Assembly (NCBI GenBank): GCA_963692865.2
Contig: OY843592.1
Location: 704,001-768,000, forward strand
Direction of reading: 5' to 3'
DNA: 64,000 nucleotides
DNA from: a bacterium
GTDB lineage: Bacteria; UBA8248
Translations under genes and position numbers: made by a program
The notes under the pieces: model-generated
What the model was told of the DNA's origin: nothing
Seen by the model: the letters and a program-made list of their open reading frames with translations, nothing else
Database searches by the model: none
In this document: in pieces, positions 1-9,406 of the stretch
Layout of the letters: each line of letters begins with the position of its first letter
How positions within the stretch are numbered: position 1 is the stretch's first letter

Positions 1-1133
1 AGCGCGGAGATGAAGAGCGGCTCACGGGCTTCCGGCGCGCGCGCGCCCAAAACCGCGCGGGCGCGCTCTTGCTCTTGAAGCGTGGCCTTGTCCATCTTGT
101 TGAAAACAAACAGGTTTTCGCAGTCAAGCGCGCCCGCCTCCCGCGCCGCCCAACGGATCTCGGCGTCGCCCGCGGTCAGGTCCGTCACCATCAGGCCGAT
201 GTCCGCTCCTTCCGCCGCCTTACGCGCGCGTTCGGCGCCTTCGAGCTCCACCGGATCCCCCGTATCGCGCAGGCCCGCCGTGTCGATGAGACGCACCGGC
301 GCGCCGCCGAAGTCGCAAACTTCTTCCACGGTGTCGCGCGTGGTGCCGGGAATCTCGCTCGTGATGGCGCGATCCGCCCCCAGGAGCGCGTTCAACAACG
401 TGGATTTCCCCGCGTTGGGCCTGCCGAGAATGGCGGCGCGCGCGCCCTCTCTCAGGATTCTGCCGGAGCGGTAGCTTTCGATGAGCCTCCCGAGCGCATT
501 TTCTATCTCCGCGAACAGATCGGCGAGTTCCGCGCTTCCCATCGGCGCGCCCGAAACGGAAGGCCCCGCGCCCGGCTCGAACTCGTCGGGAAAATCAATC
601 GCCGCCTCGATGTGCGCGCCCGCCTCCACGATCTTCCCCCACACCTCCTCCAAGGCCTTGGAGAGGCGTCCTTCCAGGTGATGGAGCGCCGCTTTCGCCG
701 CTTTTTCGGTCTGCGCGCTTACTAGATCGGCCACCGCTTCGGCCTGGAGCAGATCGATCTTCCCCTCCAGGAAGGCGCGGCGGGTGAACTCGCCCTCTGC
801 GGCCGGCCTCGCGCCCATCTCGCGGGCGAGGCGCAGGATGGTCCCCACGATGGCCGGGCCGCCGTGGCAGTGCATCTCGACCACGTCCTCGCCGGTGACC
901 GAATCGGGCGCCTGATGATAGAGCGCGAGACCCTCATCAAACGCCTGGGTCCCATCCATGAAACGCCCCAGCACGGGCCGCCCCCTGGGAAAGGCGCTCC
1001 TCTCTTTTCTCGGCTTGAATATCCCCTCGAGAATCGGGAGAGATTCCGCCCCGCTCAGGCGGACGATAGCGATGGCCCCGCGCCCCGGCGCCGTGGACAG
1101 CGCGACGATGGTTTCCCTCTCAAAATCACTCAT
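1..1133 (-). CDS. mnmE: tRNA modification GTPase MnmE/TrmE, runs off the window edge
   Basis: Not in the ORF track. ATG at 1133 reads MSDFERETIVALSTAPGRGAIAIVRLSG; later SVTGEDVVEMHCHGG, GEFTRRAFLEGKIDL, GRPNAGKSTLLN and PGTTRD...DTAG motifs. Confidence 0.95.
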   Translation of the reverse strand, partial: MSDFERETIVALSTAPGRGAIAIVRLSGAESLPILEGIFKPRKERSAFPRGRPVLGRFMDGTQAFDEGLALYHQAPDSVTGEDVVEMHCHGGPAIVGTILRLAREMGARPAAEGEFTRRAFLEGKIDLLQAEAVADLVSAQTEKAAKAALHHLEGRLSKALEEVWGKIVEAGAHIEAAIDFPDEFEPGAGPSVSGAPMGSAELADLFAEIENALGRLIESYRSGRILREGARAAILGRPNAGKSTLLNALLGADRAITSEIPGTTRDTVEEVCDFGGAPVRLIDTAGLRDTGDPVELEGAERARKAAEGADIGLMVTDLTAGDAEIRWAAREAGALDCENLFVFNKMDKATLQEQERARAVLGARAPEAREPLFISA

Positions 1134-1692
1134 CCGCCTCATTTCTCCATCGTTCGAGGATGCGCCCGCCCGATTGCGCGCCGCGTTCGTCCGTAATGAA
1201 GCGGATTTGCGCCTTCATTGCAAGACCGGGCGGGCGGAGGCGCAAGCTCCTTCCCCGCGAATTCGTTTCGATTCGCGAGGCGGAATCTCGCAGGGGCCGC
1301 TCGCAAACGGTCCTAGCCGAAGGAGGCGGGCGCTTCACGAAGCGCTCCCATGGAGCCATCGCCACCCACGGCTTTGGCGCAGGCGCCTCATATTTGCGGT
1401 ATGCGAGCCGCGGCAGGGGCCCTCCGTCCCCGCGAGACGAGGGGAAAGTCCGTTCCTTCACCCGGAGGGACAGACCTCCGTGCCTGCCCTGATCGTATCC
1501 GCCTGACACAAGGACGACCACGGAGGGCAGGGCGACCCACAAGGGTTGTCCTCTACGATAGACCGCCACCCATCGCCCCTCCTTCCAGGGGGGTTCAAAT
1601 GTCGAGCGCATCATCCCAAAACGAAGCCTCTTCCCACCCTGCGCAGCGGCCTCCCGACTCCCTTCACCCTTCGATACAAACGCTCCCTTCTC

Positions 1693-1874
1693 GGGGCTGT
1701 TGAAAAAGTCGGAGAGAGACCATTTGTTTGTAGGTCAGACATATATGTCTGACATATCAGGCGACCCTGATTTTCGCCTCCACAAGGCGGGCCGCATGAT
1801 ATGCGGCCCCTACAAAAACCTTTCCTCCCCGGTCACGTAAAACACTCGTTCATCAGGTCTTTTTCAACAGCCCC
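1693..1874. mobile_element. MITE-like non-autonomous element, copy 1
   Basis: Perfect 16-bp TIR GGGGCTGTTGAAAAAG (1693-1708) / CTTTTTCAACAGCCCC (1859-1874). TTCTC direct repeat on both flanks (1688-1692, 1875-1879). Internal palindromes. Confidence 0.8.
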
Positions 1875-2149
1875 TTCTCAGTCGCGTTTGACCTTCGGCG
1901 GCTGCTCAGGGCGAAGCGGACAGGAGGGTGCTACCCGGAACGGAGTGGGGTCGCTTGCGGGTCCGCGCCAGCGGCGTCATTTTCGCTCGATGAGAACAGG
2001 GTTCGACGGAATCCGGGCGGCCGAAAAACACATTGAGGAGAGAGACTGTGGATTCCGGCATGCGCCGGCATGGGGAGACAAAACCAATCAGAGAAAAAGG
2101 GTGCCCGTTGCGGGGGTCGTGAATGCGTGGCTAACCTGCGACGCCGCCC

Positions 2150-3178
2150 CTACGCCTTCCCGGTACGATCCGCCAGCCCGCGCAGGAGGGTCTCCCGGGA
2201 GACGGCGCCCACGACGGCGCCCGCATCGTCCACCACCCGCAGCGGCGCGTCGCTCTCGACGCACTTGGGCAGCATGTCCTGAAGCACGGTGTCGCGCGAG
2301 ACGAGGGGTCCGGTCGCGTCGCCGCCCGGCGGCGTCATGATGGCGCCCGCCGTCACCACGCGCCCGCGTTTCACCTCGCGCACGAACTCGCGCACGTAGT
2401 CGGTGGCCGGGTTGAGCAGAATCTCCTCCGGTCCGCCTATCTGATCGACCACGCCGTCTTTCAGAATCGCGACGTGGTCGCCCAGCTTGAGGGCCTCGTC
2501 CAGATCGTGGGTGATGAACACGATGGTCTTCTTGAGGTCGCGCTGGAGCGCGACGAGATGTTCCTGCATCTGTTTGCGGATCAGCGGGTCCAGGGCGCTG
2601 AAGGGCTCGTCCATGAGCAGAATTTCGGGATCCGTGCAAAGCGCGCGCGCCAGGCCCACCCGCTGCTGCATGCCGCCCGAGAGCTGGGCCGGGTAGGCGC
2701 TCTCGTAGCCGAGGAGCCCCACGTCCTCTATCCACCGCATCGCGCGCCGCCGGCGCCGGGGGATATCCACGCCCTGCACCTCGAGGCCGTAGCCCACGTT
2801 CTCCATGACCGTCATGTGGGGAAAGAGCGCGAACCGCTGAAAGACCATGCTCACCATGCCGCGGCGGAACGCGAGCAGTTCCTCGGGCGAGAACTCGAGA
2901 ACGTCCTGGCCGTCGACGAGCACCCGGCCCGCGGTCGGGTCGATCAGCCGGTTGACGTGGCGGATCAGGGTCGATTTGCCCGAACCCGAAAGTCCCATGA
3001 CCACGAACGTCTCGCCGCGCTCGACGGAGAGGCCCACGTCTTTGAGGCCCAGCGTGCATCCGGTCTCGGCCAGCACGTTTTTCTTCTCGACTCCCGCGCG
3101 CGCCAGAGCGAGCGCCGCCTCTTGCGCGCGTCCCGTTCCGAATATCTTGTAGACGTTCCGTATCTCGATCAGCGCCAC
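2150..3178 (-). CDS. proV: glycine betaine/proline ABC transporter ATP-binding subunit (ProV/OpuAA family)
   Basis: Walker A GLSGSGKS, signature LSGGMQQRVGLARAL, DEPFSALDPLIR, C-terminal CBS-like region. Confidence 0.9.
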   Translation of the reverse strand: MALIEIRNVYKIFGTGRAQEAALALARAGVEKKNVLAETGCTLGLKDVGLSVERGETFVVMGLSGSGKSTLIRHVNRLIDPTAGRVLVDGQDVLEFSPEELLAFRRGMVSMVFQRFALFPHMTVMENVGYGLEVQGVDIPRRRRRAMRWIEDVGLLGYESAYPAQLSGGMQQRVGLARALCTDPEILLMDEPFSALDPLIRKQMQEHLVALQRDLKKTIVFITHDLDEALKLGDHVAILKDGVVDQIGGPEEILLNPATDYVREFVREVKRGRVVTAGAIMTPPGGDATGPLVSRDTVLQDMLPKCVESDAPLRVVDDAGAVVGAVSRETLLRGLADRTGKA

Positions 3179-3182
3179 CTGT

Positions 3183-4091
3183 TCAGCGCCTCCCGCCCGC
3201 GCGGATGAACCGCCCGCCGTAGGCCTGGGTCACCCGGTCCATGACGATGGCGAGCAGCACGATCGCCACGCCGGCTTCCAGCGCGCGCCCGACGTTGAGC
3301 TGCTGGAGGCCGATGAGCACTTCGGTGCCGAGCCCCCGGGTTCCGATCATCGAGGCGATCACCACCATCGAGAGCGCCATCATCGTGGTCTGGTTGACCC
3401 CCTGCATGATGTTGGGCAGCGCCATCGGCATCTGCACGCGAAGGAGCTTCTGCCTCCGGCTCGCGCCCATGGCGTCGGAAGCCTCGACCAGGTCTTCATC
3501 CACCAGGCGGATGCCCAAGTCGGTCAGGCGGATCACCGGCGGGATGGCGTAGATCACCGTGGCGAAGACGGCGGGCACGGCGCCCAGGCCGAAGAGCATG
3601 ATCGCCGGAATGAGATAGACGAAACTCGGCATGGTCTGCATGAGGTCGAGCGCGGGCAGCACCATGTCGCGCATCCGGTTGTTTCTCGAAATCACGATGC
3701 CGATCGGGACGCCCAGGCCGATGCAGATGACGGTGGAGACGAGCATCACCGAGAAAGTCATCATCGACAAATCCCATAGCCTGGGATCGGTGAGGCCGAT
3801 GAAGAACATGCAGGCGACCACGAGCGCGGTCAGGCTCCATTTGCGCCCGCCCGCGAAGTAGGTGAGCGCTCCCACGCCCGCGAACACGACGAGCCAGGGG
3901 AGATCGCGCAAGAAGCGCTCGAGGCCGACCAGCAGCACGAGAACCGCGTCCGAGGTGGTCTCGAAAATAACCCCGTAATCGGAGACCAGCCACTCGACGA
4001 AATCGTTGGTCCATTTGTTGAGCGGCAGGTTCAGGCCCTTGGGCCACTCGACCGCCCAGTCGGGGAACAGTCCGCGGATAAACTTCATCAA
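3183..4091 (-). CDS. proW: glycine betaine/proline ABC transporter permease (ProW family)
   Basis: LDLMQTMPSFVYLIP, RLTDLGIR, NQTTMMALSMVVIASMIG; multiple TM segments. Confidence 0.9.
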   Translation of the reverse strand: MMKFIRGLFPDWAVEWPKGLNLPLNKWTNDFVEWLVSDYGVIFETTSDAVLVLLVGLERFLRDLPWLVVFAGVGALTYFAGGRKWSLTALVVACMFFIGLTDPRLWDLSMMTFSVMLVSTVICIGLGVPIGIVISRNNRMRDMVLPALDLMQTMPSFVYLIPAIMLFGLGAVPAVFATVIYAIPPVIRLTDLGIRLVDEDLVEASDAMGASRRQKLLRVQMPMALPNIMQGVNQTTMMALSMVVIASMIGTRGLGTEVLIGLQQLNVGRALEAGVAIVLLAIVMDRVTQAYGGRFIRAGGRR

Positions 4092-4153
4092 CTGCGGCCC
4101 TCCCCGGGATTACGATGCGACTCCATGAGAGAAAAGCATCGCGCGGGCGCGGC

Positions 4154-5188
4154 TTAACTCGATTTGAGCGCCGCCTCGACCTTTTTCGCGACGTCGGCCG
4201 GAACCCACTTCTTCCAGACCTTGTCGGTCTTGAGGAAATGGATCGCGGTGGCCTTCGCGTCTCCGCCGGCTTCTTTCTCCAGATAGGAGAGCGCCTTAGA
4301 GACGACCGCCGAGGGGAGAGTGTACTTCTCGATGAAGGCGACGATTTCGGGATGCTTGGCCGCGAACTTCGCGGTGACCGATTTCGGCAACTCCATCGTG
4401 CGGTAGGCGGTCGCTTTCTTCGGATTCCCCAGGGCCCCCTCGCCGCCCTTTTTGAGCGCGGTCACGGCCTTCATCATCTCGCCCCAGTCGGCCCCGTTCC
4501 ACTTGGGCTCCTCGAGCCGCGCGAGGTCGAGCTGGCCGATGAGCGGCGTCGGCGACCAGTAATAGGCGAGCACCGGCTTTTTCTTGAGATACGCGCCCTT
4601 GATGGCCGCCGCGAGCGCGCCGCCGGAACCCGGCCGGAAGTTGGTGAAGTGCTTCTCCAGCCCGTAGACGCGCAGCTTCACGGTGTTGATGAGCTCGCAC
4701 GACCAGCCGGGGATGCAGTTCACGAACCGCCCCTTGGAGGGCTCTTCGGGATCCTTGAAGAGGTGCTTGTACTTGGGCAGGTCGTAGACCGACTTGAGGC
4801 CGGGGTTCGCCTTCTGGACGAAGCGCGGTATGTACCAGCCCTGCTCGGCGTCCGGCGTGTTGACGCTCAACATCTTGACCTTGCCGCTTTTCATGGCGGC
4901 GTCATACTGGTCCTTGATGTTGTAATACCAGAGCTCCATGACCAGATCGTTCTTTCCCTCGTAGTGGGCCGTCATGATCGGCAGCGTGCCGCCGTAAGTG
5001 AGCCGCACCCGGCAGCCGTAGCCGTGTTGGAGGATGTAGGCGGCCACCTGATCGTGAAAGTTCGCGCTGTCCCAGTTCAGGTCGCCGATGTGGACCCGGC
5101 AGGCGGCATCCGCCCGGACGGGGAGGGAAACGAGCGCCGTTCCTGCAATGGCGATGGTGAAGACGAGGACAAGAAGTTTACGTCCCAT
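4154..5188 (-). CDS. proX: glycine betaine/proline-type ABC substrate-binding protein (ProX family)
   Basis: Signal peptide; LNWDS, ELW, CIPGWSC and YYWSPT motifs; operon context. Confidence 0.85.
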   Translation of the reverse strand: MGRKLLVLVFTIAIAGTALVSLPVRADAACRVHIGDLNWDSANFHDQVAAYILQHGYGCRVRLTYGGTLPIMTAHYEGKNDLVMELWYYNIKDQYDAAMKSGKVKMLSVNTPDAEQGWYIPRFVQKANPGLKSVYDLPKYKHLFKDPEEPSKGRFVNCIPGWSCELINTVKLRVYGLEKHFTNFRPGSGGALAAAIKGAYLKKKPVLAYYWSPTPLIGQLDLARLEEPKWNGADWGEMMKAVTALKKGGEGALGNPKKATAYRTMELPKSVTAKFAAKHPEIVAFIEKYTLPSAVVSKALSYLEKEAGGDAKATAIHFLKTDKVWKKWVPADVAKKVEAALKSS

Positions 5189-5461
5189 GGCGAGCCTCCT
5201 TCGTCGGTTTTGGCGTCAGGCGAAACGGCGATGAATGGATACATCCAACCGCCGCATCGCGGGGATAAGGCGGCTGCGCCACTACCCCGCAAAATCGCTC
5301 GTGGGCAAGGGTTTCGGCGAAAGCCGCCGAGTCTGATTTTCAAGACACTCAAAATTCTAATGCGGATCAGCGCGAAAATGCAACTTAAATTTATCTCCCG
5401 AAAACTGCCTTTCATGCTAACATCGTCTCAATACCGGCATCGTTCGACAAGCGAGGCGCTC

Positions 5462-6520
5462 ATGCCCGAGTTGAGATACGACCCGCATCGAGGGGAATGG
5501 ACGCTCCTTGCGCCGGGCAGGCGCGCGCGTCCCCGGCCCGCGCACTACGCAAACGCCACGCCCGCGCAGGACGACCCGGCATGCCCCTTCTGCCCGGGCA
5601 ACGAGCGCGCGACGCCGCCCGAGGTCGCGGTTCTCAGGGAGGGGGGAGAAGCGAACGCGCCCGGCTGGCGCGCGCGCTGCGTGGCGAACAAATACCCCGC
5701 CGTCGGGAGCGGAGGTCTCGCGCGCGAAGGAGAGGGCGTCTTCTCGTCCCTGCGGGGCGGGGGGCGCCACGAGGTGCTCGTCGATTCGCCCCGCCACACG
5801 AAGGGCCTGGCCGATCTGGGCGAGGCCCATGCGGCCGGCGTCCTGGGCTTGCTGCAGGAGAGGGCGCGGAAGCTCATGGAAGCCCCCGGCGTTCGCTGCG
5901 TCTACGCCTTCAAGAACCACGGCGCACAGGCGGGCGCATCGATTCTCCACTCGCATTTCCAGATACTCGGCCTCCCGGTCGGGGCCGGCGGCATCGAGAA
6001 GAAGCTGGAAAAAGAAGCCGCCTTCTATCGAGAGCGGAAAATCCCGCTTTTGGACTACATGGTCGGGGCGGAGCGCAAGGGCGCAGCGCGGATGGTGGAA
6101 GCGGGCGAAGAGGGCGCCGCCGTGTTTTGTCCCTGGGCCTCGCGATTCCCCTATCTCGCCTGCATCACCCCCTGGCCGACGGAAGGCTCCTTCATCGAGA
6201 GCGCGCCCGATACGATCGCCGCAGCCGGAGCCGCGCTGGCGCGAACCTTGAGGCGCTACAAGGAGCTTCTCCGCGACCCGCCCGTCAATCTTTGGTTTCT
6301 GCTTGCCGCGGCGGGTGTGGAGGAAAATCCGGAGGGGCATCGCTGGCACATCGAGCTCTTCCCGCGCCTCACGCCGCAGGCTGCTCTCGAGACGGGGCTG
6401 GGCGCGCACATCAACGAGGTGGCTCCCGAGCGCGCCGCCGACGAACTGCGAGGCGTCGGCTTGGGGGAATGCGCCGCATCGCCTTCATTGTATTCTTGCA
6501 GAGGATCCGAAAATGAATAA
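5462..6520 (+). CDS. galactose-1-phosphate uridylyltransferase-like protein (GalT/HIT family)
   Basis: True start MPELRYDP inside the longer track ORF; CPFCPGNE, HEVLVDSPRH, FKNHGAQAGASILHSHFQI, WHIELFPR. Confidence 0.85.
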   Translation: MPELRYDPHRGEWTLLAPGRRARPRPAHYANATPAQDDPACPFCPGNERATPPEVAVLREGGEANAPGWRARCVANKYPAVGSGGLAREGEGVFSSLRGGGRHEVLVDSPRHTKGLADLGEAHAAGVLGLLQERARKLMEAPGVRCVYAFKNHGAQAGASILHSHFQILGLPVGAGGIEKKLEKEAAFYRERKIPLLDYMVGAERKGAARMVEAGEEGAAVFCPWASRFPYLACITPWPTEGSFIESAPDTIAAAGAALARTLRRYKELLRDPPVNLWFLLAAAGVEENPEGHRWHIELFPRLTPQAALETGLGAHINEVAPERAADELRGVGLGECAASPSLYSCRGSENE

Positions 6521-7571
6521 TAAAAAGAGCCCGCAAAAATCCGTCTCTTTTCTCACCGGCGGAGATCTGGCGCCCGACAGGGCTTCGGCCAGGGGAATGT
6601 TCGGCCGCCTGGGGAAGCTCTTCCGCGAGGCCGATTTTTCCTTCGCGAACCTGGAGAATGCGCTTTCCACGCGCGGCGAGCTGATGAAGGGAAAGCCGAC
6701 GCGCCACCGGGGGCATCCCTCGCTCGCGGCGGGGCTGGTGGACGCGGGCTTCGATGCCGTGGGAATCGCCAACAACCACGTGCTCGACTTCGGGGTTCCC
6801 TCTTTGGAGGAAACGATGATGACGCTGCGCCGCGCGGGAATTCCCTTCACGGGCGCGGGCATGGGCCTGGACGAAGCGCGCGCGCCCGTCGTGCTCGAAC
6901 GCGGCGGACTTGCAATCGGCCTCCTCGCCTATTCGTCCGTGCTCCCTCAGGGCCATGCGGCGGGCCCGGATGAGCCCGGCGTGAACCCGCTGCGCGTCAA
7001 AACCTCTTACACGCCGCTCAGGAACCTGGATGAATACCCGGCCTCCGAACCCGTCATCCACTCCTGGGCGGAGGCGGGGGACCTTGCGCGGATGAAAGGG
7101 GACATCGAGCGGCTCAGGACCCAAGTCGACCTGGTCTTCGTCTACCAGCACTGGGGAGCGAGCCTGCGCCACGAGGTGCACGAGCATCAAAGGCAAATCG
7201 GACACGCGGCGATCGACGCGGGCGCGTGCGCCGTTTTCGGCGGACACCAGCACGTGCTCTCCGCCGTCGAGTTCTATCATGGCCGGCCCATCGTCCACTG
7301 CACCGGAAATCTGATCTTCGAAGAAATCGAGCCTTTCTTCACCGAGGCGACGAGCCAGACGTTCCTGCTGGGCGGGCGGATGGACAAGGAAGGGGTGAGC
7401 GACCTTCACCTCATCCCCTGCCATTGCGGCGTGGGGCGCGCGCCCCGGCTCCTTTCGCCGAGGCGCGGCGAGGGCCGCGAGATCGTGAACATGATGCAAA
7501 ACCTCTCCGCCCCCTACGGAACGGAGATCGCCGTCAGGGACGGGGAGGTCGCCGTCTCGCCGCTTGCTTAA
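6513..7571 (+). CDS. CapA/PGA_cap family metallophosphoesterase-like protein
   Basis: GD...NLE...ANNHVLDFG...HWG...GGHQHV...GNLIF; start overlaps the upstream stop. Confidence 0.85.
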   Translation: MNNKKSPQKSVSFLTGGDLAPDRASARGMFGRLGKLFREADFSFANLENALSTRGELMKGKPTRHRGHPSLAAGLVDAGFDAVGIANNHVLDFGVPSLEETMMTLRRAGIPFTGAGMGLDEARAPVVLERGGLAIGLLAYSSVLPQGHAAGPDEPGVNPLRVKTSYTPLRNLDEYPASEPVIHSWAEAGDLARMKGDIERLRTQVDLVFVYQHWGASLRHEVHEHQRQIGHAAIDAGACAVFGGHQHVLSAVEFYHGRPIVHCTGNLIFEEIEPFFTEATSQTFLLGGRMDKEGVSDLHLIPCHCGVGRAPRLLSPRRGEGREIVNMMQNLSAPYGTEIAVRDGEVAVSPLA

Positions 7572-7599
7572 AAACGCAAAAGGCCCGCCGCAGCGGGCC
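7570..7599 (-). terminator. probable intrinsic terminator between convergent genes
   Basis: GGCCCGC-4nt-GCGGGCC hairpin (7582-7599) followed on the minus strand by TTTTGCGTTTTT. Confidence 0.55.
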
Positions 7600-7622
7600 C
7601 TCATGCGCCGGGTTGTCCCGCC

Positions 7623-8027
7623 TTAAAGCGCGCGCTCCATGAGGCCTCGGATGCTCGCCAGGTCCACGTCGCCCGTCGAGCGGCCCCTCTCCTGCCCGCC
7701 CTTGAAGGCGATGATCGTCGACTGGAAACGAACCTTGTGTTTCTTGAGAAAGTCTCCCGGCGAGTCGAACTGCACCACGAACGCCGTCGCGTTCTCGAAC
7801 TTCTTCTCCTTCATGAGGGACTGAAGCAGCGGAACCTGCTGCCTGCACGTCCCTCACCAGTCCGCGTGAACGGATACGAAAATCGTCTTTCCGTCCTTCT
7901 GCGCCCGAGCGAACGTCTTGGCGTCGTAGGGCTTCCACCGGCCCTCGGCGAGCGCGCCTTGCGGGAGGATGAGGGCGGCGGCGAGCAAAACCAGGGCGAT
8001 GAGGTATCCGGGGCGTCGCATTTGCAT
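7623..8027 (-). CDS. exported thioredoxin-family selenoprotein (UxxC), 134 aa
   Basis: RBS AGAGGAG then ATG 8027; signal peptide; VSVHADW-TGA(7856-7854)-GTCRQQ in frame with track ORF 7623..7814. TGA occupies the nucleophilic Cys position of WCxxC. Confidence 0.88.
7814..7856 (-). promoter_or_regulatory. candidate bacterial SECIS hairpin
   Basis: UGAGGGAC pairs with GUCCCUCA; upper stem GCAGC/GCUGC; loop AGGUUCC follows a 16-nt spacer after the UGA. Confidence 0.75.
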
Positions 8028-8097
8028 GGCTCCTCTGATGCTCAGGCGGCTTCAAGAGCTTCGCGCCGGAAGATGATATCACGAATCCGCGAGATTG

Positions 8098-8589
8098 GGG
8101 GTTGTTGAAAAACCCCTCTCCGCCTCATCCTGAGTAGCGGCGGAGCCGCGTATCGAAGGTCAATCGCAACCAATGCGGGAGCGATTGCCCTCTCGCCCGG
8201 CGCGAGGCGCTCGACTTCCCTCGCCCTTCGATACGCCGCCTTCGGCGGCTACTCAGGGTGAGGTAAAGAGGCGTTGGCGGTTTGCGGGGGCCGAACCCTC
8301 ATTCCTCGGGGTTGTTGAAAAAGGCCATGTATCCCCTCGGTCGCCGACGTGATGATCCCGTAGGGACAGGTCTCCGTGTCTGTCCTGCTACGCAAAACGC
8401 GATGGCATTGTAGGGGCCGCATATCATGCGGCCCTGATTTTCGCCTCCACAAGGCGGGCCGCATGATATGCGGCCCCTACAAACAAATTGTCTCTCTCCG
8501 GGTTTTTCAACAGCCCCTCCTCAATCGGGTTCGACGCGACCGGGGAGGGAGCGTTCGCTGCCCTTGACGGGGACTTTTTCAACCACCCC
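8098..8589. mobile_element. MITE-like element, copy 2 (outer)
   Basis: TIR GGGGTTGTTGAAAAA (8098-8112) / TTTTTCAACCACCCC (8575-8589); GATTG direct repeat on both flanks (8093-8097, 8590-8594). Confidence 0.8.
8308..8517. mobile_element. MITE-like element, copy 3 (nested in copy 2)
   Basis: TIR 8308-8322 / 8503-8517; TCCTC direct repeat on both flanks. Carries an inverted pair of GTAG-type palindromes (8410-8434, 8456-8480); 8432-8483 is identical to 1765-1816. Confidence 0.8.
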
Positions 8590-8634
8590 GATTGCGGCGG
8601 CTTCGGCGCGCGCCGGCGGAGATTTTCCGGCCCG

Positions 8635-9393
8635 CTAGTGCACGTATTGACCGCCGTTCACGTCGATGGTCGCGCCCGTGACGTAGCCCGAACCGGGGGT
8701 GGAGAAATACCATATCGCGTCGGCGATGTCCTCGGGCTCCCCGCCGAAGCCCACGGGCAGGTTCGCCACTATCTGCGGCACGCGCTCTCCGTGCACGAGG
8801 CGGAACCGCTTGGTGAGCGTCACGCCCGGGGCCACGGCGTTCACCGTGATGCCGTGCGGGGCGAGCTCCACCGCGAGCCTTCTCGTGAATCCCTGCATCG
8901 CGGATTTCGCGGCGCTGTAGACCAGAGACACGTTCGCCAGGGCGTCGCGCGCGGAGATGGAGGAGACGTTCACGATGCGGCCGTAGCCGCGCTCTTTCAT
9001 GGGGGCCGCCGCCGCACGGCTGGCGAGATAGCAGCTCGTGAGGTTCCACTCCACGATCTTCTCCCACTCCGACTCGTCGAGGCCGTCGATGTCCGAGACC
9101 TCCACGAAACCGCCCGCGCAGTTCACGAGAGCGTCGAGACGGCCCCACGTGCCGAGCGTACGGGAGAAAAGAAGGTCGACGTCCTCTTTCCGCGCGGCGT
9201 CGCCCTGGACGTATATTGCGTCGCCGCGCGCGCTCACCTGGGCGAGCGCCGCCGAGCCGCGCCCGGGGTCGCGCCCCATGATGGCCACCTTCGCGCCCTC
9301 GTCCGCGAAGCGCATCGCCGTTGCCAGACCGATGCCGTCGGTCGCGCCGGTGACGATGGCGACGTGGCTCTTGATGGAAGATCGCTCGTGCAC
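8635..9393 (-). CDS. short-chain dehydrogenase/reductase (FabG-like)
   Basis: TGATDGIG, NCAG, YSAAK, VNAVAPG. Confidence 0.9.
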   Translation of the reverse strand: MHERSSIKSHVAIVTGATDGIGLATAMRFADEGAKVAIMGRDPGRGSAALAQVSARGDAIYVQGDAARKEDVDLLFSRTLGTWGRLDALVNCAGGFVEVSDIDGLDESEWEKIVEWNLTSCYLASRAAAAPMKERGYGRIVNVSSISARDALANVSLVYSAAKSAMQGFTRRLAVELAPHGITVNAVAPGVTLTKRFRLVHGERVPQIVANLPVGFGGEPEDIADAIWYFSTPGSGYVTGATIDVNGGQYVH

Positions 9394-9406
9394 GCGAATG
9401 CCCTCT

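Noticed and set aside
4115-5461. 801-aa ORF 4115..6520 as a giant fusion
   Set aside because: The 5' part is the antisense shadow of proX; the real GalT-like gene starts at 5462.
8098-8589. Palindromic repeat clusters as a CRISPR array or ncRNA
   Set aside because: No regular repeat-spacer periodicity and no cas genes; TIRs and TSDs explain them as MITE/REP DNA.
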